A stretch of 64,000 bases of DNA from Candidatus Kaelpia aquatica (GCA_030765335.1 JAVCCU010000030.1:5324-69323), one strand, 5' to 3'; shown: positions 41,895 to 52,038, numbered from the stretch's first letter. Numbers and translations: made by a program. Notes: generated from the sequence alone by a model not told the origin.

Positions 41895-42195
41895 CTACAA
41901 TCTCCTTCTCTTTCTCTTTCTTTAAAATCATGGATCTTAATATGTTTGGATTTAACTTCCAATCTCCGGATAGAACCTTCACTATCTCCTCGGGCATCTC
42001 AAAATTTCCCAGCAGATAGATTCCCTCTTGAAACTTTTCTATGGAATAGGCAAGCCGCCGCCTCTGCCAGATATCCAGCTGAACAACTTTGCCCTTTAAT
42101 TTAGCCACAGAATCCTTAATCTTGCTTATCTGAGAATCTACATCCGTCTCACTCATATCCGGATTTAAGATAAGCATTATCTCATATTTTTTCAT
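41878..42195 (-). CDS. rpsF: 30S ribosomal protein S6
   Basis: MKKYEIMLILNPD...WQRRRLAYSI. The start is taken at the internal Met of the 117-aa ORF. Confidence 0.85.
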   Translation of the reverse strand: MKKYEIMLILNPDMSETDVDSQISKIKDSVAKLKGKVVQLDIWQRRRLAYSIEKFQEGIYLLGNFEMPEEIVKVLSGDWKLNPNILRSMILKKEKEKEIVDAQSK

Positions 42196-42252
42196 TAAAT
42201 ATTTTCTCCTTTTGGCTGACAATATTAACACATAATAAAATTCTTAGCAAGA

Positions 42253-42894
42253 TCAAATTACGTTTCTAAAATTATAGATTGACATTGTTTTTTCAATGCC
42301 CTCCTTTAGATAAAACTCTATGGCATCGACAACATTAGCTACTATATCAGCATACTCTGACTTCTCTTCTTTGGCTATTGGACTTAAGAGGTATTCCTCT
42401 GCTCTCTCTCCATTAGAGGCCTCTCCAATGCCTACCCTAAAGCGTATAAAGCTCTCAGTTCCAATCTCATCAATTATAGACTCTAACCCCTTATGTCCCC
42501 CAGAACCACCTTTTGCTCTAATCCTTATCTGACCCCGCTCTAAGTTCAGATCGTCAGATATGATAACTATATTATTACTTTTAATGCCATATTTATCTTT
42601 GAGGCAGGCTATTGACTTGCCGCTTAGATTCATATACATATAAGGCTTAGCTAAGACTACTCTTGTCTGAGATCCTGTCTTTTTAAATCTTAAAACATTA
42701 TTAAAAATGCTGGGTTTGGGCTTCTCTTCTTCACAATAAGGTTGAGCCATGATAACTATCTTGGCTCCGCACTTGTTCTTTCTGAATTTTAAACCATGCC
42801 TGGCTGCTAACTCATCTAGAACCATGAAACCAAGATTGTGCAAGGTATCTTTGTACTCTAACCCAGGATTGCCAAGCCCAGAGATTAAAAGCAT
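42253..42894 (-). CDS. pth: Peptidyl-tRNA hydrolase
   Basis: GLGNPG...HNLGF N-terminus. Carries a ~25-aa insertion relative to canonical Pth. Confidence 0.85.
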   Translation of the reverse strand: MLLISGLGNPGLEYKDTLHNLGFMVLDELAARHGLKFRKNKCGAKIVIMAQPYCEEEKPKPSIFNNVLRFKKTGSQTRVVLAKPYMYMNLSGKSIACLKDKYGIKSNNIVIISDDLNLERGQIRIRAKGGSGGHKGLESIIDEIGTESFIRFRVGIGEASNGERAEEYLLSPIAKEEKSEYADIVANVVDAIEFYLKEGIEKTMSIYNFRNVI

Positions 42895-42903
42895 GGCTTT
42901 ATA

Positions 42904-43593
42904 CTACCCTGTTCTCTCTTCTTTTTTAGAATCTTCAGAACCTGCCTCTTCTGATTTTTCCTTCTTCTCACTTATTACCTCAGGCTCTCTCATAACATCA
43001 CCCTCAACCTCTTCTTCAATAACCACTTCTTTAGGTGTAACAATATGCGCTACAATCTGCTCTAAATCTCCTAGAGCCTTAACTCCTTGAGGTAATTCTA
43101 AATCAGAGACATGGATTGCATCGCCTATATTTAAGTCATCAACTTTGACCTCTATCTTAGAAGGAACATTAGCCGCCTTACACTCTATCTCTATCTCCCA
43201 AATAAGATGATCTAATACTCCTCCATCCTTTTTGACTCCTACAGGCTCACCTTTGATCTCAATAGGGACTTTTATTTTGATAATCTCATCAAGGGATATC
43301 TCCTGAAAATCAACATGTATAATACTGCCTTTTATAACATCATGCTCTACCTCTTTAAGTATAGCGGTCTTAACTTCTTTATCTTTACCGGATAGAACGT
43401 GAAGCTCAGCTACTAGATTTTCAGAATGCGCCTCACGAAAGAGGTGTATCAAGTCAATCTCTTTTAGTTCTAACGGCATAGCCTGCCCCTTTTTATACAA
43501 TACCGCAGGTATAAGTCCGGCTTTCCTGATACCTTTGACATACTTTTTACCTACCCCATCTCTTTTTTTTACTTCAATTTTTAATTTTTCCAT
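42904..43593 (-). CDS. rplY: 50S ribosomal protein L25 / general stress protein Ctc
   Basis: KRDGVGKKYVKGIRKAGLIPAVLY N-terminus with an acidic C-terminal extension. Confidence 0.85.
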   Translation of the reverse strand: MEKLKIEVKKRDGVGKKYVKGIRKAGLIPAVLYKKGQAMPLELKEIDLIHLFREAHSENLVAELHVLSGKDKEVKTAILKEVEHDVIKGSIIHVDFQEISLDEIIKIKVPIEIKGEPVGVKKDGGVLDHLIWEIEIECKAANVPSKIEVKVDDLNIGDAIHVSDLELPQGVKALGDLEQIVAHIVTPKEVVIEEEVEGDVMREPEVISEKKEKSEEAGSEDSKKEERTG

Positions 43594-43674
43594 TATCAGC
43601 CTCCTTTATGAGATAAAAAGAAAATCAGCGTTCTCTTGTATATCATAGATAACATGATTTTTGCAAGGGTTTAA

Positions 43675-44613
43675 TTAGCCAAACAGTACACTTATTGAAA
43701 CTTCCTTATGTATTCTCTTGATTGCTTCCCCTAAAAGAGGCGCGACCGAGAGAACCTCTATTTTATCAATAAGCTTATCTTGGCTTAAAGGGATGGCGTC
43801 TGCCACAAAGAGCTTGCTTATTGAAGACTTCTGAAGCCTATCTATGGCAGGTCCAGAAAGCACTGGATGACTTATTGCAGCATAGACATCTTTCGCCCCT
43901 TTATTCTTAAGAGCTTCTATGGCCTCGACAAGAGAACCTGCTGTTGCAATTATGTCGTCAACTATACACACATCCTTGCCTTTTACCTCGCCCAATATAT
44001 TCATCGCCTCTGTTTTTTCAGTGCTTATCCTACGCTTATCTACTATAGCAAGAGGTACTCCAAGCTTCTTAGCATAAGCCCTGGCCATCTTAATTCCTCC
44101 AACATCGGGAGATACAACAACAAGATTAGAACAGTCTATCCTCTTTTTAATATGCTCAACGAATATCTTAACTGCAAGAAGATGGTCTAAAGGGATATCA
44201 AAAAACCCTTGAATCTGACCAGCATGTAAATCCATTGTAAGAACTCTATCAGCACCAGATACAGTTATAAGATTAGCAACAAGTTTTGCCGTTATAGGCA
44301 CACGGGGCTGATCCTTCCTATCCTGCCTGGCATAACCGAAATAAGGTATTACCGCAGTAATTCTACCTGCCGACGCCCTTTTTAAAGCATCGATAAGAAT
44401 GAGTAGCTCCATTAAATTATCATTTGACGGAAAACATATTGGTTGAATTACGAATATATCGTTGCCTCTAACATTATGTTCAATCTTAACACTAATCTCA
44501 CCATCGCTAAACTTAGAGACTATAGAATCTCCTAATTCAACACCCAGATAACCGGATATATTCTTTGCTAGCTCAGGATTAGCATTACCGCTAAAAACCG
44601 TTAACCTATCCAT
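43675..44613 (-). CDS. prs: Ribose-phosphate pyrophosphokinase
   Basis: Full-length PRPP synthetase. PRPP-binding loop DDIIATAGSLVEA. Confidence 0.95.
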   Translation of the reverse strand: MDRLTVFSGNANPELAKNISGYLGVELGDSIVSKFSDGEISVKIEHNVRGNDIFVIQPICFPSNDNLMELLILIDALKRASAGRITAVIPYFGYARQDRKDQPRVPITAKLVANLITVSGADRVLTMDLHAGQIQGFFDIPLDHLLAVKIFVEHIKKRIDCSNLVVVSPDVGGIKMARAYAKKLGVPLAIVDKRRISTEKTEAMNILGEVKGKDVCIVDDIIATAGSLVEAIEALKNKGAKDVYAAISHPVLSGPAIDRLQKSSISKLFVADAIPLSQDKLIDKIEVLSVAPLLGEAIKRIHKEVSISVLFG

Positions 44614-45868
44614 CTCTCCTCCTCCTTAAAATTTTAGCAGGAACACCTACAATAACACTATTATCGGCTATCTTACTATTCTTCGTTACAACTGAACCTG
44701 CTCCCGTTATAACATTCTTACCTATTTCAACTGGAGCAACCAATGTCGTATTGCTGCCTATAAAAGCATTATCTTTAATGATGGTCTTATTTTTTTTCTT
44801 ACCATTATAGTTTGCAACTACAGTACCTGCTCCGATATTAACATTCTTACCAACAACAGTATCTCCTATATAAGAAAAATGTTTTACCTTAGAACCATTA
44901 CCTATCTTAGAACTTGATATCTCAGCAAAATTCTCTACCTTAACATTATCACCTATATTACTATCGCCCCTTATCCTGCAAGATGGTCCTATCATACAGC
45001 TCTTTCCTATCCGAACTCCAAAACCTATATAAGCAAAAGGATACAGGGTAGTATCGCGCCCTATAGTCACATTTTTCTCTATAAAGGTATTCTCTGGAGA
45101 CAATATGCTCACCCCTTTTGATATATGTTTATCAGTATTTCTTCTGTAAATAATCTTATTAGCCTCTATTAGATCTTTCCTGCTGTTAATACCTAGCCCT
45201 TCATTTATATCTTTTAGCTTTAATGTTAGAACCTTTAGATCTTTTTTGCTATATTTTGGAAAAATCTCAGTCAGATATTTCTCCCCTTTATTTCCTTTAG
45301 GCTTAATACTGCAAAGATCTCTCTCTAAGCTGGTCTTTCTTTTAAAAATGTAGACACCTACATTAACCTCTCTTATCTTCTTCTCGGATTCATTGAGCAG
45401 ATCCTCTTCTTTTACGGCAACTACATTACCGCTCTTATCACTAAGCACTCTTCCATAGCCTTTGGGTGCATCCAAATCCATAGTCAAGAGCGTTATATCG
45501 GAGCTATGTCTATCATGCTTGTTTAGCAGGCTCTTGATTGTACTGGTTCTCAATAATGCAACATCTACATAGATAAGAACTATGGTCTTATATCTCCTAG
45601 GAATGCTCTTTAAGGCTACGAGCAATGCATCTGCTGTCCCAGCTCTTCTTTTCTGCTCTATCGTATTAACAGAAAAATTTTTATCTATAAACTTACTCTC
45701 TCCAGGTCCAGCTAAAGCATAGATATCATCTATGCCTACCTCTCTTAAATTCTCTATGGAATGCCTAAGCATAGACCATCCTGCTATCTTATGGCGATAC
45801 TTAGGTAAGGACGATTTAAGCCTCGTCCCTTTACCTGCCGCTAATATTAACCCGCAAATGTTTTTCAT
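44606..45868 (-). CDS. glmU: Bifunctional UDP-N-acetylglucosamine pyrophosphorylase / GlcN-1-P acetyltransferase (GlmU-like)
   Basis: LILAAGKGTRLKS nucleotidyltransferase motif plus a C-terminal hexapeptide-repeat domain. Conserved glmU-prs neighbourhood. Confidence 0.8.
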   Translation of the reverse strand: MKNICGLILAAGKGTRLKSSLPKYRHKIAGWSMLRHSIENLREVGIDDIYALAGPGESKFIDKNFSVNTIEQKRRAGTADALLVALKSIPRRYKTIVLIYVDVALLRTSTIKSLLNKHDRHSSDITLLTMDLDAPKGYGRVLSDKSGNVVAVKEEDLLNESEKKIREVNVGVYIFKRKTSLERDLCSIKPKGNKGEKYLTEIFPKYSKKDLKVLTLKLKDINEGLGINSRKDLIEANKIIYRRNTDKHISKGVSILSPENTFIEKNVTIGRDTTLYPFAYIGFGVRIGKSCMIGPSCRIRGDSNIGDNVKVENFAEISSSKIGNGSKVKHFSYIGDTVVGKNVNIGAGTVVANYNGKKKNKTIIKDNAFIGSNTTLVAPVEIGKNVITGAGSVVTKNSKIADNSVIVGVPAKILRRRRDG

Positions 45869-45891
45869 AAAAACCAGTATTCAGCTAAATA

Positions 45892-45962
45892 CTGGGGAAG
45901 GAGGGCTCGAACCTCCACAGACGGCTCCAAAAGCCGTTGTGCTACCATTACACTATTCCCCA
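45892..45962 (-). tRNA. tRNA-Gln (anticodon UUG)
   Basis: The reverse complement folds as a cloverleaf. The 7-bp acceptor stem is UGGGGAA/UUCCCCA with U1:A72 and G73, as in bacterial tRNA-Gln. The anticodon arm is ACGGC-UUUUGGA-GCCGU with UUG at positions 34-36. The T-loop is GGTTCGAGCC. CCA is not encoded. Confidence 0.85.
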
Positions 45963-45974
45963 AATACCTAAATT

Positions 45975-46412
45975 CTAAAGAGCTGTATCTGTAGAATCTT
46001 CTTCTAAGCCATGCTCTTCTTCTCTTTGATAACTAGGATCTTGTACCTCTTTTTCATATGCTTCCAAAACTTTTCCTTCGATGTAGGCGCGGAATTCTTG
46101 ATTGATCGGGTGCGCAATATCCTTAGTCTCTTGCTGTCTATCATGAGAATCAGGACATCTAGATGACTCAAAATCAACACCGCAATAATTGCAGAATCTC
46201 GCCGCTATACTATTGCTTCTCCTGCACTTGGAACATGGCTGTTGAACCTTCCTAGAAGGCATAGCAACAAAAAGGCCTTTATTACCATCGATAACTTTGA
46301 TGTTGCGAACAACAAAAGAGTCATCGAAGGTGACAGTTACATAAGCCTTCAGCTTAATGTTTCCTTTCACCTTGGGAAATACTTTTACCTCTGTAATCTC
46401 CAAAGCAAGCAC
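45975..46412 (-). CDS. spoVG: SpoVG-family protein with C-terminal zinc-ribbon extension
   Basis: N-terminal 90 aa are MLALEITEVKVFPKVKGNIKLKAYVTVTFDDSFVVRNIKVIDGNKGLFVAMPSRK. This is followed by CSKC...CNYC (Cx2C-x11-Cx2C) and an acidic tail. Confidence 0.8.
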   Translation of the reverse strand: MLALEITEVKVFPKVKGNIKLKAYVTVTFDDSFVVRNIKVIDGNKGLFVAMPSRKVQQPCSKCRRSNSIAARFCNYCGVDFESSRCPDSHDRQQETKDIAHPINQEFRAYIEGKVLEAYEKEVQDPSYQREEEHGLEEDSTDTAL

Positions 46413-46416
46413 CTCC

Positions 46417-47262
46417 TTAGTTTAATGACCTAACTAAAAAAGTATCATATCCCAAAGAGCCACAATAGCTCTTTAGAGAATTTAATTTATCCATATCAGC
46501 TGATACCGCATAGATTGCAGAACCGGTTCCAGTCATCCTAATTAAATCAACATCAAATCTTTTAATATCTTCCATAAGGGAGGGTATTATGGTGCTGCTC
46601 TCTAATTTCTCAAAAACATTGTAAGAATACTTATTTAAAAAATTCATTTCAACATCATCTGCGCTGCAAAATTTAATTTTATCCCAGCGGCTAGGTTCTG
46701 TCAAGGAAGGTTTCCATCTTTGATATAAATCCTCTGTCTTATTGCCGAATTTAGGAAGAATTAAAACAGCAGAGAAGACAAATGGCGTATCAATTGAACG
46801 CACTAGTTCACCCTTACCTTCAACTACCGCCCAAGTAGAATCATTTACAAAAAAAGGCACATCGGAACCGATAGCTGCTCCCAGCTTTATTAACTCTTCC
46901 TCACTGATATCTATATTGAATATCTCTCTAGCAGCTTTTAATACATAGGCAGCATTTGAGCTTGCACCGCCCAAACCTGATTCTGCAGGTATTCTTTTCT
47001 CTAGCCTTATCTCTAATCCTTCTTTAATACGGTATCTATCTTTTATAATCTTAGCAGCCTTATAACAGCTATTTTCAGATCCTTCCGGAGCATTGCCTTT
47101 AACAGAGAGAGATACTCTATCTTCCTTTAAAAGGCCAACACTTAAAACATCGCAGAGATCTATTTTAACCATCAGACTGATGATATCATGGTAATTGTCT
47201 CCCCTCTTAGAGAGTATATCAAGAAAAATATTTAGTTTGGCAGGTGTATTGAAGACTATCAA
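46417..47262 (-). CDS. ispE: 4-diphosphocytidyl-2-C-methyl-D-erythritol kinase
   Basis: GHMP kinase with the PAESGLGGASSNAA ATP-binding motif. 281 aa. Confidence 0.85.
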   Translation of the reverse strand: MIVFNTPAKLNIFLDILSKRGDNYHDIISLMVKIDLCDVLSVGLLKEDRVSLSVKGNAPEGSENSCYKAAKIIKDRYRIKEGLEIRLEKRIPAESGLGGASSNAAYVLKAAREIFNIDISEEELIKLGAAIGSDVPFFVNDSTWAVVEGKGELVRSIDTPFVFSAVLILPKFGNKTEDLYQRWKPSLTEPSRWDKIKFCSADDVEMNFLNKYSYNVFEKLESSTIIPSLMEDIKRFDVDLIRMTGTGSAIYAVSADMDKLNSLKSYCGSLGYDTFLVRSLN

Positions 47263-48194
47263 CTCTGCTTCTTTTTGATAAGCTCTTTTGCTTCTTTGAC
47301 TATAGACTCAGATGTTAGGCCAAAGGCTTCGAGCAAAATATCTGATTCACCGCTTCTTCCAAAACGATCTCTTATACCCAAAAACTTAATAAGAACAGGT
47401 TCATTTTCGGAGATAAGCTCAGCAATTGCAGAACCCATTCCTCCAAAAACTTGATGTTCTTCAACTGTAAGTATAGCCCCTGTTTCCCGGGCAGCTTTTA
47501 AAATAGCATCTCTATCTAACGGCTTTATAGTATGTAGATTTATAACACCGGCAGATATTCCTTCCTCTTTTAAAATATCAGCAGCCTTAAGTGAAATATG
47601 CACCATCTGACCCGACGCTACTATGGTGAGGTCCTTTCCTTCCCTGAATACTCGAGCTTTACCTATCTGAAAATCATCATCTAAAGAGGTTAGAAAAGGT
47701 ACTTTATTCCTAGTAAGCCTCAGATATACTGGCCCAGGATAGGAAGCAGCAGCCTCTGTTGCTTTTTTAGCTTCATAAAAATCGCAAGGAACAACTACGC
47801 TCATATTGGGCAAGACTCTCATAAGTGCATAATCTTCTAACGCCTGGTGAGTTGCACCATCTGGGCCTACTGTAATCCCTCCATGAGAACCAATAATATT
47901 CACATTAAGATTCATGTAAGCAATGGAAGTTCTTATTTGATCCCAAGCTCTTCCTGATGCAAAGACTCCAAATGTAGTTGCAAAAGGAATCTTTCCTTCT
48001 AAAGCAAACCCGGCTGCAGCAGACATCATATCCTGTTCGGATATACCAAAATTGAAAAACCTTTTTGGGAACTTTGCTTTAAAAGCACCTGCTCTAACTG
48101 ACTCTGTCAAGTCAGCTGAAAGCACAACCACTCTCTCATCTTTTTCACCTAGCTCTAGCAATGCTTCGCCGAATCCATCTCTAGTAGGCTTCAT
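47259..48194 (-). CDS. Transketolase, C-terminal subunit
   Basis: Pyrimidine-binding and C-terminal domains (GISEQDMMSAAAGFA). Pairs with the upstream N-terminal subunit. Confidence 0.9.
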   Translation of the reverse strand: MKPTRDGFGEALLELGEKDERVVVLSADLTESVRAGAFKAKFPKRFFNFGISEQDMMSAAAGFALEGKIPFATTFGVFASGRAWDQIRTSIAYMNLNVNIIGSHGGITVGPDGATHQALEDYALMRVLPNMSVVVPCDFYEAKKATEAAASYPGPVYLRLTRNKVPFLTSLDDDFQIGKARVFREGKDLTIVASGQMVHISLKAADILKEEGISAGVINLHTIKPLDRDAILKAARETGAILTVEEHQVFGGMGSAIAELISENEPVLIKFLGIRDRFGRSGESDILLEAFGLTSESIVKEAKELIKKKQS

Positions 48195-49018
48195 TTACCT
48201 TTTAACTCCTCAAGAGCTTTGCCTAATTCTTCTTTAGTAGGAGTAACTCCATGCCAACGATTATCATTCTCCATAAATGAGACGCCTTTGCCTTTAACAG
48301 TATCTGCAATAATAATAGCCGGATGCCCCTTAATGCTATCTGCCCAATCTAGTGCATCGAGTAATTCCTGGAAGTCATGGCCATTACACCTTTTTACCTT
48401 CCAGCCAAAAGAGCGCCACTTCTCTTCAAAAGGCTCTAGATTTTTAACTTCATTCACCGGACCATCTATCTGCAGCTTATTGTGATCCAGCATCACTATT
48501 ATATTATCTAGCTTGTAATGAGCAGCTGTCATAGCAGACTCCCAAACCTGCCCTTCGTTCGTCTCGCCATCGCCAAGTATACAGTAAACCCTATTCTCCC
48601 TGCCATCAAGCCTTGCAGAGAGAGCCATACCTATAGATATTGATAGACCCTGCCCCAAAGAACCAGTTGAAGCCTCTATGCCTCTAATACCCTTTTCAGG
48701 ATGACCTTGAAGACAAGAGCCGTATTTCCTTAATGTCATAAGCTCATTCTTAGGAAAATAACCGAAATCAGCCAAAATAGCATATAGAGTAGGGCAGCCA
48801 TGCCCTTTGGAAAGAATAAATCTATCCCTCTCTCCCCAGGAGGGATTCTCAGGATCATGATTTAACTTACAGTAATAAAGCGAAACTAAAATCTCAACCA
48901 AAGATAGAGAGCCTCCTGTATGACCTGAACCGGCCTCTTCTAACATAGCAAGAACATCGCAGCGTATATCCAATGATTTCTGTTTTAAAAATTCTAGATC
49001 TGTTTTTTTATTGATCAA
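48191..49018 (-). CDS. Transketolase, N-terminal (TPP-binding) subunit
   Basis: GSGHTGGSLS TPP-binding motif and the GDGETNEG motif. 275 aa. Confidence 0.9.
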   Translation of the reverse strand: MINKKTDLEFLKQKSLDIRCDVLAMLEEAGSGHTGGSLSLVEILVSLYYCKLNHDPENPSWGERDRFILSKGHGCPTLYAILADFGYFPKNELMTLRKYGSCLQGHPEKGIRGIEASTGSLGQGLSISIGMALSARLDGRENRVYCILGDGETNEGQVWESAMTAAHYKLDNIIVMLDHNKLQIDGPVNEVKNLEPFEEKWRSFGWKVKRCNGHDFQELLDALDWADSIKGHPAIIIADTVKGKGVSFMENDNRWHGVTPTKEELGKALEELKGK

Positions 49019-50474
49019 TCTTATCCCTCACTTTTTCTATCTTATCAGCCAACCCTTCTTGTTTAGGGCTAAGCTTGAGTGCCTGCTGCCATTCCGATAA
49101 AGCCCTCCCAAGCATACCTTTTTTAAGATAGATATCCCCAAGATGCTCCATGACTACAGAGTCATCTTTTTTTACTTCCTTAGCTTTCTCAAGAAATTCC
49201 AAGGCTCTATCATAATTGCCTAGCTTATAATGGACCCAGCCCATACTATCAAGGTAGGCACCATTATTAGGATCTATTTCAAGCGCTTTTTTTATCAATA
49301 GATTAGCCTCTTCTAGGTTCTTACCTTCTTCAGTGTACATATAACCTAGATAATTTAAAGCATCTGCATGCTTTGAATCTACCTCTATTGCCTTCTTGAG
49401 GCTAGATACCGCTAGATCCCACCTATCCATCTCTTCATAAGCAGCGCCGAGGAAGAAATAAGTTTCTGCATTCTTTGGTTTTACCTCAAGAGATTTCTTG
49501 AAAAAATCTACTGCTTTACTATTTTCTTTAAGCTTAAAAAAAAGAAAACCCTTTAAAAAATATACCTCAGACATATTAAAATTATCTTGCTCGGCTTTTT
49601 CCAATGCTTCCTCTGCTGATCCATAATCTGCATTTTTTATATAAAAGTATGCAATATCAAGATAGATACCCTTCTCTTGAGGAGATTCCTGAATTAAATC
49701 TTTATATGCAGCATCTGCTCTCTCTATGTCTCCAGCCTTATAATAAGCCTGAGCAATAACCTTCAGAAGCTTAGTGTCTTTTGGTTTTATATTTAAACCT
49801 TTCTGATACCACTCTATAGCTTTGTTGAAATTATTATCCATCTCATAGAAAACCCCCAAAGTGACATAGGACTGCAAAAAATCGGGATCAAGCTCAACAA
49901 CTTTCTCCATCTGTTCTATAGCCTTGCTGAGGTCTCCATTTTTAGAATAGAGTATTCCAAGATTAAAGCGCAGGGCTGGAAGATCAACCTCTTCTTCTAG
50001 TAATCTCTCATAAGCAACTATGGCATCATCTACTCTCTTCTGGAGTAAATACATATCTGCAAGAGATGCTAAAGCCATAATATCATGCGGATCTATTGTA
50101 ACTATCTTCTCATACTCCCCTGCTGCTTCATCGTATTTTCCCATTGAGCTATAGATCAAAGCTAAGACAAAATGGATTTTTATATCACCAGAGGCATGCT
50201 CTTGCGCCTTACTTAGATTAGCAGCCGACTTTTCTATTCTATTGTTTTTTAGATCTATCAAAGCAAGTTTAATATAGATTGTCGGGTTCTCGTGATCATA
50301 CTCTAGAGCCCGGAGGTATTCAACGTAAGCATCCTCAAAATTACCTCTATCTTCATAGATAACAGCCATAATAAAGTGAGCATAGGCCAAGGAGGGGGCT
50401 TCGGACTTATAGCCCTCGCTTGAAACAGCGCTCAGAATAATTAGGATAAGCGGAAGAAGAAAAAATTTTCTCAT
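49008..50474 (-). CDS. TPR-repeat protein with signal peptide
   Basis: About 12 TPR units and an N-terminal signal peptide. 488 aa. Confidence 0.8.
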   Translation of the reverse strand: MRKFFLLPLILIILSAVSSEGYKSEAPSLAYAHFIMAVIYEDRGNFEDAYVEYLRALEYDHENPTIYIKLALIDLKNNRIEKSAANLSKAQEHASGDIKIHFVLALIYSSMGKYDEAAGEYEKIVTIDPHDIMALASLADMYLLQKRVDDAIVAYERLLEEEVDLPALRFNLGILYSKNGDLSKAIEQMEKVVELDPDFLQSYVTLGVFYEMDNNFNKAIEWYQKGLNIKPKDTKLLKVIAQAYYKAGDIERADAAYKDLIQESPQEKGIYLDIAYFYIKNADYGSAEEALEKAEQDNFNMSEVYFLKGFLFFKLKENSKAVDFFKKSLEVKPKNAETYFFLGAAYEEMDRWDLAVSSLKKAIEVDSKHADALNYLGYMYTEEGKNLEEANLLIKKALEIDPNNGAYLDSMGWVHYKLGNYDRALEFLEKAKEVKKDDSVVMEHLGDIYLKKGMLGRALSEWQQALKLSPKQEGLADKIEKVRDKIDQ

Positions 50475-50486
50475 TATAGTTACAGA

Positions 50487-50582
50487 CTAGTTCTTCTTTT
50501 TCTTATGTCTATCTCTTTTTAATCTCTTTTTTCTTTTATGCGTTTTTATACTTCTTGTTTTTCTCTTTCTGCCACAAGGCAT
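50487..50582 (-). CDS. Small highly basic peptide (31 aa, MPCGRKRKTRSIKTHKRKKRLKRDRHKKKKN). It resembles a bS22/bL37-like mini ribosomal protein or an RNA-binding peptide
   Basis: Below the ORF-track cutoff. The ATG at 50580-50582 is preceded by a perfect SD (GGAGG, plus-strand CCTCC at 50589-50593) with a 6-nt spacer. 68% K/R/H content. It lies 12 nt upstream of the TPR gene start. Confidence 0.35.
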   Translation of the reverse strand: MPCGRKRKTRSIKTHKRKKRLKRDRHKKKKN

Positions 50583-50620
50583 ATCGTACCTCCGTAGATA
50601 AATTTCAAATCAAAAACATA

Positions 50621-51493
50621 TTAAAATATTACTTTATTTAAAGGATATTCTATAATAGCCTCAGCTCCGGAAAGCTTTAATTTCGGTATTAGCTCCCTCA
50701 CTACCTTCTCCTCTACTATAGTCTCAATCGCAAACCAGCCATCTTCTGCAAGCGATGATATGGTAGGTCTGCGCATAGCAGGTAATATGTTAAAGACCTT
50801 CTTAAGATCGTCTTTCTTTATATTCATCTTAAGGCCAACCTTAGATTCCGCTCCCAGTGCTCCGCTTAAAAGAAGCACAAGGCTATCTATCTTATTCTTT
50901 TTCCAGGAATTCTTCCAGCTTTTTTTATTGGCGATAAATTTTGTAGTCGAATCACATATTGTATCAACTATCTTAAGGTTGTTCCTTCTTAGGCTTTGAC
51001 CAGTTTCGGTAAGCTCGACTATTGCATCTACTAACCCGGTTGCAACCTTCACCTCTGTTGCGCCCCAGCTAAACTCAACATCGGCCTTGACTCTATTATC
51101 CTTAAGATACTGCCTAGTAACATTGACAAGCTCTGTAGCAATACGCTTGCCTTGCAGATCTTTAATACTCTTTACTCTAGAATCCTTCTTTACAGCTAAA
51201 ACCCACCTCACCGGCACCATCTGTTGTTTTGCATATATAAGTTCAGCTACCCGCACAACCTTGGAATTATTCTCGCGTATCCAATCTTCACCAGTCAGGC
51301 CAGCATCAAGTGCACCGGCTTCAACATAATAAGACATCTCCTGGGCTCTTAACATCACGAGTTCAAGTTCTGGATCATCTACTGAAGGAAAATACGATCT
51401 TGAAGTTAAAGCTATATTAAAACCGGCCTTTTTAAAAAGCTGAACCGTTTTTTCTTGTAAACTGCCCTTTGGAATACCTAATTTTAATTTCAT
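50621..51493 (-). CDS. hisG: ATP phosphoribosyltransferase (long form)
   Basis: HisG catalytic domains plus a C-terminal regulatory domain. 290 aa. Confidence 0.85.
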   Translation of the reverse strand: MKLKLGIPKGSLQEKTVQLFKKAGFNIALTSRSYFPSVDDPELELVMLRAQEMSYYVEAGALDAGLTGEDWIRENNSKVVRVAELIYAKQQMVPVRWVLAVKKDSRVKSIKDLQGKRIATELVNVTRQYLKDNRVKADVEFSWGATEVKVATGLVDAIVELTETGQSLRRNNLKIVDTICDSTTKFIANKKSWKNSWKKNKIDSLVLLLSGALGAESKVGLKMNIKKDDLKKVFNILPAMRRPTISSLAEDGWFAIETIVEEKVVRELIPKLKLSGAEAIIEYPLNKVIF

Positions 51494-51545
51494 AGCTCTC
51501 TCCTAAATAAAGGAATATTGTACATGAGAGAAAAGAAAAGTCAAA

Positions 51546-51911
51546 CTATTCTCCTAAAACAGCTTTAACTTTACCGATGAGCTCTTCTGTCTCAAATGGC
51601 TTCTCAATGTAATAAGCAGCTTTATCATCCATAAAGAGTCCTTCCATTTTTATCTTCTCTTTTATTGAGAAAATAATTACAGGAATATCTGCACTCTCAG
51701 GCTGCTCCTTTAATTTATTCAATGCAGTATAACCATCCATAACAGGCATCGTCATATCCAATAATATTAGATCCGGCTTACGCTCCGCTACTATACCAAG
51801 GCACTCTTTGCCGTTAGATGCTGTATTAACATTGTAGCCCTCTATTTCAAGCCTCATCTTAACAACCGTCCTTAAATCTATATCGTCATCTACAATCAAG
51901 ATACTTTTCAC
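51546..51911 (-). CDS. Single-domain response regulator (CheY-like receiver)
   Basis: IVDDD...DLILLDMTMPVMDG phospho-acceptor signature. 121 aa with no output domain. Confidence 0.85.
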   Translation of the reverse strand: MKSILIVDDDIDLRTVVKMRLEIEGYNVNTASNGKECLGIVAERKPDLILLDMTMPVMDGYTALNKLKEQPESADIPVIIFSIKEKIKMEGLFMDDKAAYYIEKPFETEELIGKVKAVLGE

Positions 51912-52038
51912 TGCTGCTGCCTCCTTTTTTAAAAACAGCCTTTAAAAATAGCTAGCTTTATATGCTTTCATTATAGTAAAGACTAACCAATAAAGCAACT
52001 TGAAGATACCTAAAAATGCTTAAAGATAAAATAAATTA

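Noticed and set aside
47259-49018. Transketolase encoded as two ORFs (possible pseudogene)
   Set aside because: Split N-terminal and C-terminal transketolase subunits with a 4-nt overlap are a well-known functional arrangement in many bacteria and archaea. Both halves are intact.
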